The notes beneath the pieces were generated by a model. That model was given only the letters and a program-made list of their open reading frames with translations, was not told the DNA's origin and did not search any database. Of a stretch of DNA of 64,000 nt, positions 8,996 to 19,353 are shown piece by piece (within the stretch, counting starts at the first letter, position 1; each line of letters begins with the position of its first letter). Made by a program: the position numbers and the translations under genes. Origin of the DNA: Candidatus Latescibacterota bacterium (GTDB taxonomy: Bacteria; Latescibacterota; UBA2968); NCBI GenBank assembly GCA_965207885.1, contig OZ242311.1, forward strand, positions 3,072,001-3,136,000, written 5' to 3'.

Positions 8996-10420
8996 ATGGA
9001 TGTTATAAGAGGAGCACAGGTCGAGGGACGGCGCAGTGTTGAACGCGTTGATACCGGTTTGCAAATCCGTTTGGTACATCCCGATGGGATTGGAGAAGCA
9101 ATTGGGTTGCAGCGCGGCGATGTCGTAGAAACGATCAATGGACATCCCGTGCGCGATCCCATTGATTACCGTTTTCACATGGGTGAAGAAGATGTATCGG
9201 CCTTAGTGCGTCGAGGTGAGGATAGATTTTTATTTGAAATTGAAAAAGATATTGAAGACGATTTGGGTGTGGATTTTGAAGATATGCCCATTCTCAAATG
9301 TGATAACAAGTGTGTTTTTTGCTTTTTGCATCAGATGCCCAAAGGTCTGCGTAAGACCCTGTATTACCAGGATGACGACTATCGATTGTCTTTTCTGCAC
9401 GGGGCTTATGTCACGCTGACAAACCTGTCTGAAGATGAATTTCAGCGCATTATTGACCAGAAATTGAGTCCAATGTACATCTCGGTCCACGCCACGGATC
9501 CCAAATTGCGAGCGGAATTGCTCGGTCGCAGGCGGGCAACACCTGTTTTGGATCGGATTGATATCTTAGCCAAGCATGGGATTCAGATGCACGCGCAAGT
9601 GGTCTTATGCCCGGGTATCAACGATGGTCGGGCACTTAAACAGACGGTTTTTGATCTTGCTGCACGTCATCCGCGCGTTGAATCCCTGGGCGTTGTACCC
9701 CTGGGCTTGACAAAATTTCGCAAAAATCTTCCCAGCTTGAACCGCGTGACGCAAGCCGATGCAGCCACGGCAATTCGCCAGGTAACAGCGTGGCAGGGTA
9801 TGCTAAAAAAACGCCTGGGTACGCGCTTTGTGTATTTGGGCGATGAAATGTATTTGCTGACGGATCAATCTGTGCCTCCGCAATCTGAATACGATGGGTT
9901 TCCACTCGTCGAAAATGGAATTGGCATGGTTCGCCGCTTTGTCGATGGATTTGAAAATCGGATTGAGGATCTCGAAAATTTAGCGTTGCCGCGGCAGCGT
10001 TTTGTACTCGTAACGGGTATGTTGGGTACGCATTTTTTGGATGCAATAGTCAAACGTTTGAACCAAATTTCCTGGATTAATGCCCGCGTTGTACCTGTGG
10101 TCAATCGCTTTCTTGGCGAAGGTATAACGGTTTCTGGATTGCTGTCGGGCAACGATATTGGTCGCGCACTCATAGATGCTCGTATCAGAAGCGATGAGAC
10201 CGTTCTTTTACCTCCCAACTGCTTGAATCATAATGGTCTATTTTTAGATGATCTTTTGCTTGACGACCTGGAGCAACAGGTGGGCTGTCGGATCATTGTG
10301 GGTACTTACGACCTGGTGGAGACCATTCAAAATGCCGTTGACGATGTGTCGGCTTCTGTAGGTGCTGGCAGTGAAATTGTGTCGCATCCGTATATTTCCT
10401 CACATCAGATGGAGAATTAG
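8996..10420 (+). CDS. DUF512 family PDZ + radical-SAM-like Fe-S protein
   Basis: N-terminal PDZ-like segment, CDNKCVFC (CxxxCxxC) and DDDYRLSFLHG; familiar position upstream of der. Confidence 0.85.
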   Translation: MDVIRGAQVEGRRSVERVDTGLQIRLVHPDGIGEAIGLQRGDVVETINGHPVRDPIDYRFHMGEEDVSALVRRGEDRFLFEIEKDIEDDLGVDFEDMPILKCDNKCVFCFLHQMPKGLRKTLYYQDDDYRLSFLHGAYVTLTNLSEDEFQRIIDQKLSPMYISVHATDPKLRAELLGRRRATPVLDRIDILAKHGIQMHAQVVLCPGINDGRALKQTVFDLAARHPRVESLGVVPLGLTKFRKNLPSLNRVTQADAATAIRQVTAWQGMLKKRLGTRFVYLGDEMYLLTDQSVPPQSEYDGFPLVENGIGMVRRFVDGFENRIEDLENLALPRQRFVLVTGMLGTHFLDAIVKRLNQISWINARVVPVVNRFLGEGITVSGLLSGNDIGRALIDARIRSDETVLLPPNCLNHNGLFLDDLLLDDLEQQVGCRIIVGTYDLVETIQNAVDDVSASVGAGSEIVSHPYISSHQMEN

Positions 10421-10423
10421 GCA

Positions 10424-11728
10424 ATGGGCGTCGTGGCGATTGTGGGGCGGCCAAATGTCGGTAAGTCAACGCTCTTTAACCGGCTGATTGGCGAGCGCAA
10501 AGCTGTAGTGGATGACTTTCCCGGTGTCACGCGCGATCGCAACTATGCACAGTGTACCTGGAATGGCAGAACCTTCACGCTGGTCGATACGGGTGGCTAT
10601 GTGCCCAATTCTGACGAAATAATCGCCGGTCTGGTTTCTCGACAGGTCGAGCTTGCTTTGGGGGAAGCGGACCTGTTGCTCTTTGTGGTTGATGCACAGA
10701 CTGGACCTACAGATTACGACGCAATTATGGCGCGCAAGATCCGCGATTCGGGTGCATCCTATCGGCTGATTGTCAACAAAGTCGATAGAGATGAGAACGA
10801 GGCCGATGGCACGGCCTTTTACGGTCTCGCACTTGGCGATCCACTATGCGTTTCTGCTATCAATGGTCGGCAATCGGGCGACTTGCTGGATGAAATCCTT
10901 ACAGGTCTTCCAGAAGAAGATGGCGGTTCAGAAGATGAATTGCCCCCTCGAATTGCGGTATTGGGCCGCCCGAATATGGGCAAATCTACCTTTGTGAACC
11001 GCCTGCTGGGACGGGAACGGGTGGTGGTAAGCGAGATTCCAGGTACGACGCGCGACGCGATTGATCTCTCGATGGAGCGCAATGGACAGCCATTTATACT
11101 GGTTGACACGGCAGGTTTGAGACGGCGGACGCGCATTAAAGAGCAAGTCGATTTTTACAGTTCGCTGCGTACCGTGGAAAGCCTTGAGCGATGCGATGTG
11201 GCGATTGTGCTGGTCGATGCTGTAGAAGGGTGTACAGTACAGGATGTCAAAATCTCAGAACGCGCTGTCGAACTGGGCAAAGGGCTGATCGTGGGCATCA
11301 ACAAATGGGACCTGATTGAAAAAGACGGCCATACAGCCGACAAAATAGCCCAGCAAATCCGCTCGCGCTTTGTACATCTCGAAAACTATCCCATTGTTTT
11401 TTTATCGGCACTTACGGGGCAACGCGCGTGGCGCATTATTGATCTGGCTCTGGATGTAGCACTAAAACGTCGCCTTCGCATTCCAACGGGTGAATTGAAC
11501 GACTTTTTGACGCATCTCAATGCAACAACGGCTCCGCCAACAAAAAATGGACGGGTCTTTCGCATGTCTTTCTGTGTTATGCCGCGCAGTGCACCGCCAA
11601 CCATTCTCTTTTTTACCAGGCGGCCCAAGGATGTTCCCACGCACTATCGTCGGTTTTTAGAGCGCAGGCTCAGGCAGGCGTTTGATTTTTACGGCACCCC
11701 CATCCGCATCTTATTTAAAAAGAAGTGA
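10424..11728 (+). CDS. der: Ribosome biogenesis GTPase Der
   Basis: Two G domains (GRPNVGKS, GRPNMGKS, DTGG/DTAG, NKVD/NKWD) and a C-terminal KH-like domain ending GTPIRI. Confidence 0.96.
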   Translation: MGVVAIVGRPNVGKSTLFNRLIGERKAVVDDFPGVTRDRNYAQCTWNGRTFTLVDTGGYVPNSDEIIAGLVSRQVELALGEADLLLFVVDAQTGPTDYDAIMARKIRDSGASYRLIVNKVDRDENEADGTAFYGLALGDPLCVSAINGRQSGDLLDEILTGLPEEDGGSEDELPPRIAVLGRPNMGKSTFVNRLLGRERVVVSEIPGTTRDAIDLSMERNGQPFILVDTAGLRRRTRIKEQVDFYSSLRTVESLERCDVAIVLVDAVEGCTVQDVKISERAVELGKGLIVGINKWDLIEKDGHTADKIAQQIRSRFVHLENYPIVFLSALTGQRAWRIIDLALDVALKRRLRIPTGELNDFLTHLNATTAPPTKNGRVFRMSFCVMPRSAPPTILFFTRRPKDVPTHYRRFLERRLRQAFDFYGTPIRILFKKK

Positions 11729-11733
11729 TATCT

Positions 11734-12111
11734 ATGCGTCCAGGTGGCATAAAAAAGCTCTATTATTCGATCCGCGAGGTATCGGAACTCACCGGCATAG
11801 AATCCCATGTTCTAAGATTTTGGGAGAAAGAATTTTCTCAACTAAATCCCAGACGTGGCCGATCGGGCAATCGCGCGTACACAGAGCGAAATATCAAGGT
11901 CATTTTGGCAATTAAGGACTTGCTCTACGCCCAGAAATACACGATTCAAGGGGCGGTTGAAAGGCTGAAGATAGACCGCAGTTTATGGGAAAATCAGAGT
12001 ATTGAAGACGCGACGTCTAATGTTGAAAATCCACTGGTTGAATTACGGCGCATGTTGTTCGAACTCAAGCAACTTATAGAGGGGGGAGAGGCATCGGATG
12101 CCGGGAAATAA
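11734..12111 (+). CDS. MerR-family HTH protein, ZapT/MlrA-like
   Basis: YSIREVSEL...HVLRFWEKEF..L.P.R...R.Y...LLY..KYTIQGA motif, then a C-terminal amphipathic helix. Confidence 0.8.
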   Translation: MRPGGIKKLYYSIREVSELTGIESHVLRFWEKEFSQLNPRRGRSGNRAYTERNIKVILAIKDLLYAQKYTIQGAVERLKIDRSLWENQSIEDATSNVENPLVELRRMLFELKQLIEGGEASDAGK

Positions 12112-12114
12112 AAC

Positions 12115-12143
12115 TTGCGTTATGCTATATAGTTTCTTATATT
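12115..12143 (+). promoter_or_regulatory. Sigma70-like promoter of the rimP operon
   Basis: TTGCGT-N17-TATATT just upstream of the rimP leader hairpin. Confidence 0.55.
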
Positions 12144-12157
12144 TAAGTTCTGATTAT

Positions 12158-12182
12158 AGAGTGGGCTTCTGCCCACTCTTTT
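12158..12182 (+). promoter_or_regulatory. rimP leader hairpin/attenuator
   Basis: AGAGTGGGC-TTCT-GCCCACTCT followed by Ts, matching the conserved GGGC...GCCC leader found upstream of rimP-nusA. Confidence 0.7.
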
Positions 12183-12295
12183 GGGTATATGGGGTATAGT
12201 TAGAACTATCAGCCCGATTAAGGCAACAGCTGCACGTGCAGCATATCTAGCGATACTCCACAACGCGCGGTAAAGTGGCAGTTTTGAGTTATTCA

Positions 12296-12736
12296 ATGCT
12301 TATCGAAGACACCCTGGCCCATCTGATTCTTCCGTTCCTCAATCGTCGGGATGTCGAGTTGGTTGAGTTGGCTGTCTCTGGCGATCATAGACGAAAAATC
12401 GTACGCATCTTCGTCGATCGTCCCGATGGGATTACAGTTGGGGAATGTGCTGCACTCAGTCGGGATATTGCAGATATATTGGATACGCGAGATCCGATTG
12501 ATGGCACATACCTGCTCGAAGTTTCATCTCCGGGCTTGACGCGCCCCTTAAAGACGGACCGCGATTTTGAACGGGTGGTTGGCAGAGCGCTGCGGCTTGT
12601 TGTAGATGGCCTCGGTGTTTCGGTAGGAACGCTCTTGCAGGTCAAAGCCGATCACCTCGATGTCGAGTTACAGGGCAAACGAACCACTATTGAACGCGCA
12701 AAAATTCAGAAAGCCACTGTGCATTTTGAGTTGTAA
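12296..12736 (+). CDS. rimP: Ribosome maturation factor RimP
   Basis: RIFVD...GITVGEC...S and YLLEVSSPGL.RPL motifs. Confidence 0.93.
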   Translation: MLIEDTLAHLILPFLNRRDVELVELAVSGDHRRKIVRIFVDRPDGITVGECAALSRDIADILDTRDPIDGTYLLEVSSPGLTRPLKTDRDFERVVGRALRLVVDGLGVSVGTLLQVKADHLDVELQGKRTTIERAKIQKATVHFEL

Positions 12737-12757
12737 TTGGTCGAGGAGGAGCCTCAC

Positions 12758-14098
12758 TTGAATTACGAAGTTCTCGAAGCGTTAAGGCAAATTGCCCAGG
12801 AAAAAAATGTCAACCGCGATCTGGTTATCGAAACCCTTGAAATGGGGCTAATCTCTGCGGCAAAAAAGCGGTTTGGAACCGGGGATAATGTCGAAGTCAA
12901 CTTCGATAACAGCTCTGGAGAGATTATCGTTGAGGCGGTCAAAGAAATCGTCGCCGATGATTCGGTCGAAGATCCGGGAATCCAAATTGGCGTGACACAA
13001 GCGCGCAAAGCAGACACCGATGCAAAGGTCGGTGGGGAATTGAGACTTCGCCTCAACTTTGCCGATTTTGGGCGCAATGCGATTCAAACGACAAGGCAGG
13101 TACTCGTCCAGAGAGTCAGGGAAGCCGAGCGCGAGAAAATCTACGAAGATTATCAGGGGCGTATTGGAGAAATTATTTCGGGAACCGTGCAGCAAATTAG
13201 TCGGGGGGATATTCTCGTCAACCTGGGGAGAACAGAAGCTGTTATTCCGCTTAAAGAGCAAATCAGAAAAGAACGCTATCGGCAGGGAGATCCCATTCGC
13301 GCCTACTTGCACGATGTTTTGCGTACAGCCAAAGGCCCCCAGGTGGTATTGAGCCGTACACATCCCGCATTTCTCGAAAAGCTCTTCCAGCTTGAGGTCC
13401 CCGAAATTTATGAAGGTGTTATTGAAATAAAAGCCGTTTCTCGCGAACCGGGTGTGCGGGCCAAAATAGCTGTTTACTCCAATGATGCGCGTATTGATCC
13501 CGTGGGGGCTTGCGTGGGTATGAAAGGCTCGCGCGTACAGGCTGTGGTGCGTGAATTGAGCAGCGAACGCATAGATATTGTGCCATGGAGTGACGATGAA
13601 GCGATCTTTTTGTCGCGTGCTTTGAACCCTGCCACAGTTCGCCGCGTGGTGATTGACCGGCGAGAAAAACGCATGTCGGCTATAGTCGATGATGATCAAC
13701 TTTCTCTGGCTATTGGTAAAGAGGGTCAGAATGCGCGTTTGGCATCGCAGTTGACTGGCTGGCACGTCGATATTATGACTGAAACCCGTTATGACGAAAT
13801 ACAAGCTGAACGCCTGGCTACAACAGTGCCATTGGCCGAAGTAGCCGGCACTGGTCAAGTGACGCGAGACCGCCTTGAGGCCTCGGGTATCATGTCTGCC
13901 AATGACCTCGTCCGTGTATCCTTAAATACGTTGCTCAATGTGCCTGGTATCGGCGAAACGACGGCTGAAAAATTGCGAGAGACCGCACAGGAAATTGTCA
14001 ATGCAAAAGTATCTGCTTACCGCGAAGAAAAAGCGCTTTTACAAGCAGAGGCAGAGGAAGCAAAATCCACTGAAAATACATCTAAAAATGACGAATGA
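12758..14098 (+). CDS. nusA: Transcription termination factor NusA
   Basis: TTG start after GAGGAGG; FGRNAIQ, S1 and KH domains, DPVGACVG.KGSRVQ, C-terminal HhH. Confidence 0.96.
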   Translation: MNYEVLEALRQIAQEKNVNRDLVIETLEMGLISAAKKRFGTGDNVEVNFDNSSGEIIVEAVKEIVADDSVEDPGIQIGVTQARKADTDAKVGGELRLRLNFADFGRNAIQTTRQVLVQRVREAEREKIYEDYQGRIGEIISGTVQQISRGDILVNLGRTEAVIPLKEQIRKERYRQGDPIRAYLHDVLRTAKGPQVVLSRTHPAFLEKLFQLEVPEIYEGVIEIKAVSREPGVRAKIAVYSNDARIDPVGACVGMKGSRVQAVVRELSSERIDIVPWSDDEAIFLSRALNPATVRRVVIDRREKRMSAIVDDDQLSLAIGKEGQNARLASQLTGWHVDIMTETRYDEIQAERLATTVPLAEVAGTGQVTRDRLEASGIMSANDLVRVSLNTLLNVPGIGETTAEKLRETAQEIVNAKVSAYREEKALLQAEAEEAKSTENTSKNDE

Positions 14099-14114
14099 TT
14101 CGGAGGTGAGCCTA

Positions 14115-16547
14115 TTGACAAAGAGAAATGTCAAAACACCAGAAAAGAAAAAACGAGTTTACGAGATTGCGCGCGAGTTCAATTTGTCGAGCGTTGCCAT
14201 GGTTGAGCAGATTAGAAGCCTTGGTTTTGAAGTCAAAAATCACATGGCGATCTGTACGACTGAAATGGTCGAGGCGGTACAAAAGAAGTTTGATTCAGAA
14301 CGCCAGGCGACGCGACGAAAACTCAGACGCAAAGACGATGAAAAAAAGGAACGCGAGATTCGCGAGCAAAAACCTCGCGTGAGCCGGTTCCGTTCGGTTC
14401 AGTCGGATAAAAAAACCGAGACCGGTAGCGAAAGCAGGCAGCGTCCTCGTCGCAGAAGACGCCGAACTGATTATCCGACTGTTATCGTAGAAGATGTCAG
14501 TCAGACGCCAGTGCAACAGGAACCCAAAACAAAAGCGCCAAAAACCAAAGAAGAAAAACCTGTAGTAAAAGAAGAGACCAAGCCCAAAGCAAAACCTGTA
14601 CAGGAAAAAAGAAGTCGCACGCGACCTCCTCGAAAACGCCGTCGCAGACGCAAACGTCCTGTCGTTGATGAGCGTGAAGTATCAGAAAATGTGCGTCGAA
14701 CACTGGCGCAAATGTCGAGTGGTGCGGCACCGTCACGGGTGCGCCGTCGCCGTCGTCAGGATAGTGAAAAGCCTGAAGACGAGACGACAGACGGGCAAGT
14801 TCTCAAAGTCAATGAGTTTACAACCATTGGCGAACTCGCTTCTCAGATGGATGTGCGTCCCACAGAAGTCATCACACAATGTCTCAAATTGGGCATGGTG
14901 GTGACCATCAACCAGCGCCTTGATATGGATACCATCACGCTTGTTGCCGATGAATTTGGTTTCGGCGTTGAAGAACTCGAAGAATACGGCGAAGAGGTAT
15001 TGGCAGTAGAGGTAGAAGTGCCTGGAGATAGTCAAAAACCAAGGCCTCCGGTGGTTACAATTATGGGGCATGTAGATCACGGGAAAACATCTCTTTTGGA
15101 TTATATCCGAGAGACCAATGTGATGGAAGGTGAAGCTGGCGGCATTACGCAGCATATTGGTGCGTATCACGTTGAACTCGGTGATGGTCGTGAAATCTGT
15201 TTTCTCGATACGCCTGGGCACGAAGCTTTTACGGCAATGCGTGCCAGAGGTGCCAGCGTAACCGATGTCGTCGTTCTGGTCGTAGCGGCAGATGATAGTG
15301 TGATGCCACAAACAGTAGAAGCCATTGATCATGCCAAAGCGGCCAACGTGCCCCTCGTCGTGGCAATTAACAAAATCGACTTGCCAACTTCCGATCCCGA
15401 CAAAATCAAACGGGAGTTGACCGAGCACAATGTCATCGTAGAGGATTATGGCGGCAGCGTTCAAGTTTGCGAAATTTCCGCCAAAACTGGACAAAATATC
15501 GATGCTTTGCTCGAGTTACTGGCTCTTGAAACAGAAATGCTCGAACTTGTTGCCCATCCCGATAAGCGCGCCAAAGGCACTATCGTAGAATCAAAACTCG
15601 ACCGAGGACGAGGAAATGTGGCAACAGTGCTCGTGCAAGAAGGCAGGCTACAAGTCGGTGATCCGTTTATTACAGGCATGTTTAGTGGGCGCGTCCGCGC
15701 AATGCTCGATGAGCGTGGTATATCCGTGACAACAGCAGGACCTTCTCGTCCGGTTCAGGTTCTCGGTCTGGCTGGGTTGCCCCAGGCAGGGGATACTTTT
15801 CACGTGGTTGAAAATGAGCGCGAAGCCCGCGATATCAGCCAGAAACGGCAGCAACTCAGGCGCGAACAAGAATTTCATCGGGTACGTCGGGTATCGTTGT
15901 CCGACATTCACAACCAGATTGAGACGGGCAATATAGAGGAGTTGCGTCTGATTATTAAAGGCGATGTCGATGGGTCTGTCGAGGCCTTGCAAGACGCACT
16001 ATTGCAAATTGAACACGAAGAAGTACATTTATCGGTGATTCACCGCGCTGTAGGTGCTATCTCCGAATCTGACATTTTGCTCGCATCAGCCTCTGATGCC
16101 ATTATCATCGGTTTTAATGTGCGTCCCGATGCAAATGCAAGAGAGGTTGCGGCACAAGAACGCGTTGATATTCGTTTGTATCGCGTAATTTACGAAGTCG
16201 TCGAAGACATTCGCGCTGCCCTTTCTGGGTTGTTGGCACCCAAAATTGAAGAAAATGTACAGGGCGAAGCGCAGGTCCGCGAGCTTTTCCAGGTGGCAAG
16301 TGTTGGCACAATTGCCGGATGTCTTGTTTCTCAAGGACTCATCCACCGCACGACCAATGCGCGCGTTTTGCGCGATGGCGTTATTGTTTACGAAGGTCGT
16401 ATTGGGTCTTTGCGGCGTTTTAAGGATGATGTTCGCGAAGTGCAAAACGGTTTTGAATGCGGCATTGGTATCGAAAATTTTAACGATGTCAAAGTCGGCG
16501 ATGTTATTGAAACTTACGAACTCGTTGAAACTACCCGCTCGATCTAA
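14115..16547 (+). CDS. infB: Translation initiation factor IF-2
   Basis: TTG after GGAGGTG; [28 protein letters not shown] and KGDVDGS motifs. Confidence 0.96.
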   Translation: MTKRNVKTPEKKKRVYEIAREFNLSSVAMVEQIRSLGFEVKNHMAICTTEMVEAVQKKFDSERQATRRKLRRKDDEKKEREIREQKPRVSRFRSVQSDKKTETGSESRQRPRRRRRRTDYPTVIVEDVSQTPVQQEPKTKAPKTKEEKPVVKEETKPKAKPVQEKRSRTRPPRKRRRRRKRPVVDEREVSENVRRTLAQMSSGAAPSRVRRRRRQDSEKPEDETTDGQVLKVNEFTTIGELASQMDVRPTEVITQCLKLGMVVTINQRLDMDTITLVADEFGFGVEELEEYGEEVLAVEVEVPGDSQKPRPPVVTIMGHVDHGKTSLLDYIRETNVMEGEAGGITQHIGAYHVELGDGREICFLDTPGHEAFTAMRARGASVTDVVVLVVAADDSVMPQTVEAIDHAKAANVPLVVAINKIDLPTSDPDKIKRELTEHNVIVEDYGGSVQVCEISAKTGQNIDALLELLALETEMLELVAHPDKRAKGTIVESKLDRGRGNVATVLVQEGRLQVGDPFITGMFSGRVRAMLDERGISVTTAGPSRPVQVLGLAGLPQAGDTFHVVENEREARDISQKRQQLRREQEFHRVRRVSLSDIHNQIETGNIEELRLIIKGDVDGSVEALQDALLQIEHEEVHLSVIHRAVGAISESDILLASASDAIIIGFNVRPDANAREVAAQERVDIRLYRVIYEVVEDIRAALSGLLAPKIEENVQGEAQVRELFQVASVGTIAGCLVSQGLIHRTTNARVLRDGVIVYEGRIGSLRRFKDDVREVQNGFECGIGIENFNDVKVGDVIETYELVETTRSI

Positions 16548-16828
16548 TGACCATTGGTTTTTGTCATCTCGATCTGTATTTGCCCGAATGCGCCTCGCTG
16601 AAACAGAAACGCAGCGTGCTCAAGAGCATCACGACGCGCACGCGCAACAAATTCAATGTATCTGTTTCTGAACTGGGCGATAATGACCGCTGGCAAAGAG
16701 CACAATTAGGTGTTGCAACAGTTGCCAACGACTCGCGGTATGCCAATCAGATATTGTCAAAGGTAGTCAATTTCATCGAGCGAGAAGATCGCCTTATTGT
16801 GGTAGATTATTCGTTGGAGTTGCTCTGA
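16547..16828 (+). CDS. DUF503 (YlxP) family protein
   Basis: SLKQKRSVL...KFNVSVSE...D.WQRA motif, at its usual place between infB and rbfA. Confidence 0.9.
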   Translation: MTIGFCHLDLYLPECASLKQKRSVLKSITTRTRNKFNVSVSELGDNDRWQRAQLGVATVANDSRYANQILSKVVNFIEREDRLIVVDYSLELL

Positions 16829-16829
16829 T

Positions 16830-17171
16830 ATGCCATCTTATCGGCCGGAAAGTGTGGGAAAAGCCATTCAGGTTGCCCTGAGTGAAATTTTGCACACGGA
16901 AACCCGTGACCCCGGTCTGTCCGAAGTCACGATTACGGCTGTCACGATGTCTCGTGACCTGCGCACAGCCAGGGTTTACATCAGTGTGATGAGTGGCTCC
17001 GTAGCGCAAACAGAGGCGCTCGAGCGCCTGATGGGAGCAATATCTTTCTTGCGCCGTGCGCTCGCTCAGCGCGTTCAATTGCGACACGTGCCTGAGTTGG
17101 TTTTCGCCTGGGATGATTCCATCACACAGGGAGCGATTATTGAGCAATTGCTCAATAATCTCAACACATAG
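16830..17171 (+). CDS. rbfA: Ribosome-binding factor A
   Basis: RDP...VTIT.V.MS.DL..A.VY and LRHVPEL.F..D.S motifs. Confidence 0.93.
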   Translation: MPSYRPESVGKAIQVALSEILHTETRDPGLSEVTITAVTMSRDLRTARVYISVMSGSVAQTEALERLMGAISFLRRALAQRVQLRHVPELVFAWDDSITQGAIIEQLLNNLNT

Positions 17172-18047
17172 GTGGTGCCCATAAACGGCTTTCTTTCCAT
17201 AGACAAACCCGCTGGCTGGACTTCTCAAGATGTTGTCAGTTGGGTGCGTAAGCACTTTGGGATCAAAAAAGTAGGGCACACAGGTACTCTTGATCCCATG
17301 GCAACGGGCGTTTTGCCACTTTGTCTGGGAGCCTATACGCGCCTGAGTTCCTATATTACGGGCGGCAATAAACAATATCGCGCGGTTGCACGGTTGGGAA
17401 TGACGACCGATTCTCTCGATGCCGATGGTGTGGTTACCAGTAGATCGGGGGATATTCCTGCCGATTATGCACAAGTCGAGGCCGCTGTTGCCGAATTCAG
17501 GGGGGCGATTGCACAGGTTCCGCCTATGTATTCGGCTATCCGAATAGGGGGGCGCAGGCTTTATGACCTCGCCCGAAGAGGGGTTGAGGTTGAACGCCCT
17601 GCGCGTAATGTGTGCGTACATAAGCTCGATATTGTGGTTTATGCACCACCGCTTTTGCACCTGAATATACATTGTTCTAAAGGTACTTATATTCGGTCGC
17701 TTGCAGACGACATTGGCAAACGGCTTGGATGTGGTGCTCATCTATCAACGCTTCGCAGAACCGCGGTGGGGAGTGTTGAATTGGGACAATGTGTTGCGGT
17801 TTATGAACTCGAGCGTGCAGAAAGTATTTCTGAAGTGCTGCTCAATCCCCACGCTGTTTTATCCGATCTGTCATCGGTTTGTCTGACAGAGGCGCAGCAG
17901 GGGCGTTTTTCAAATGGCAATCCCGTGACCGATATTTTATCAGATGTCCAGGATATTGTTACAGTGCAAAATTCCCGGGGGATTTTGCTCGGTCTCGGAC
18001 ATATCGTCGAGGGCGTCTTGAAGCCTATTCGCGTGATCCAGAATTGA
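17172..18047 (+). CDS. truB: tRNA pseudouridine(55) synthase
   Basis: KKVGHTGTLDPMATGVL, QVPPMYSA and CSKGTYIRSL motifs. Confidence 0.96.
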   Translation: MVPINGFLSIDKPAGWTSQDVVSWVRKHFGIKKVGHTGTLDPMATGVLPLCLGAYTRLSSYITGGNKQYRAVARLGMTTDSLDADGVVTSRSGDIPADYAQVEAAVAEFRGAIAQVPPMYSAIRIGGRRLYDLARRGVEVERPARNVCVHKLDIVVYAPPLLHLNIHCSKGTYIRSLADDIGKRLGCGAHLSTLRRTAVGSVELGQCVAVYELERAESISEVLLNPHAVLSDLSSVCLTEAQQGRFSNGNPVTDILSDVQDIVTVQNSRGILLGLGHIVEGVLKPIRVIQN

Positions 18048-19000
18048 TGATGCGCACCATAACGCTTGAAGAACCGGTTGCGCTTGCTCACCCGGTGGTC
18101 ACTATTGGAACATTTGACGGCATTCACATCGGACATGTTTCTGTCATTGAAGCTATGACAGATATGGCACGGGCGTGTAGAGGTACATCTGTCGTTGTTA
18201 CTTTTGATCCACATCCCCGCCAGTTTATCGACGGTGCCGATGCTCCCGGGGTGTTGACTTCGCTCGAGGAGAAACAGCATTGTCTCGCCTCTTTAGGGGT
18301 GGATATTCTGGCTGTTGTTGGATTTGATGACGCACTCCGGCAGTTGTCTCCCGAGGTATTTGTCAAATGCTTTCTGGTTGATAAACTCAGCGCCAGATCT
18401 GTGATTGTAGGTTATGACCACGGTTTTGGAAGGGGGCGCCAGGGCGGGTTTGAGACGATGAAAAGTTTGGGAAAACAGTTTGGTTTCTCTGTTTTTTCTC
18501 CGCCTGCTGTGTGCATCGCCGAAAAACCTGTGAGCAGTACCCGCATTCGCAATGCACTCCTGAAAGGAGACATGGATGCGGTTGTTCAGCTTATGGGACA
18601 CCCTTACCCCTTGTGGGGGCGTGTGGTAGAGGGAGAAAAGCGGGGTAGATCACTTGGTTTTCCCACTGCCAATCTCCTGTTTGAAACGCCGGGAAAACTC
18701 TTGCCGTCGCCGGGGGTTTATGCTGGTGTTGCCAGACTGGAACAGCCCTACATCGCCGTTGTCAATTACGGCAAACGCCCTACATTTGGGGGGGATTCAG
18801 CGCGTTGTGAAGTACATTTGCTCAATTTTTCACAAAATCTCTATGGAAAAATTTTACCCGTTGAGATTTTGTATCGCATTCGCGGAGAGCGTGAATTTGG
18901 TAGCAAAGAAGCTCTAATTGAGCAGATCCAAGTAGATATACAGACCGCGGAAGATATGCTTTCGCGGCATCATACCGATGGAGGTAAATTTTGGCGTTAA
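18047..19000 (+). CDS. ribF: Bifunctional riboflavin kinase/FAD synthetase
   Basis: [27 protein letters not shown] and EVHLL motifs. Confidence 0.95.
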   Translation: MMRTITLEEPVALAHPVVTIGTFDGIHIGHVSVIEAMTDMARACRGTSVVVTFDPHPRQFIDGADAPGVLTSLEEKQHCLASLGVDILAVVGFDDALRQLSPEVFVKCFLVDKLSARSVIVGYDHGFGRGRQGGFETMKSLGKQFGFSVFSPPAVCIAEKPVSSTRIRNALLKGDMDAVVQLMGHPYPLWGRVVEGEKRGRSLGFPTANLLFETPGKLLPSPGVYAGVARLEQPYIAVVNYGKRPTFGGDSARCEVHLLNFSQNLYGKILPVEILYRIRGEREFGSKEALIEQIQVDIQTAEDMLSRHHTDGGKFWR

Positions 19001-19260
19001 CAAAAGAAAAGAAGGCTGAGTTGATCGCACAATACGGGCGCAAAGAAGGCGATACCGGATCGCCACAAGTCCAGATTGCGCAACTTACAGAGCGCATTGT
19101 ACAACTCATCGAACACTTTCAGACCCACAAGAAAGATCATCACTCGCGTCGGGGACTGCTCAAACTGGTTGGGCGTCGTCGCCGTCTGTTGCGGTATTTG
19201 CGGCGCGAAGACTTAGAAGGTTATCGTAGCTTGATTGCGGCACTGGATATTCGCGGTTGA
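18991..19260 (+). CDS. rpsO: 30S ribosomal protein S15
   Basis: [13 protein letters not shown]...[21 protein letters not shown] motif. Confidence 0.97.
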   Translation: MALTKEKKAELIAQYGRKEGDTGSPQVQIAQLTERIVQLIEHFQTHKKDHHSRRGLLKLVGRRRRLLRYLRREDLEGYRSLIAALDIRG

Positions 19261-19353
19261 GTTTTTTCTGTATTCCAGCAGTTGGTTGTATCTCTGGCCT
19301 TTTTGTCAGAGCGCTGGAATAGATGTATTTTTAAGGTAAATAGAGGAGATAGA

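Noticed and set aside
12848-17741. Long antisense ORFs (12848-13858, 14733-15494, 16794-17741) and similar shadow ORFs elsewhere
   Set aside because: They lie opposite well-supported housekeeping genes and have no recognisable motifs.
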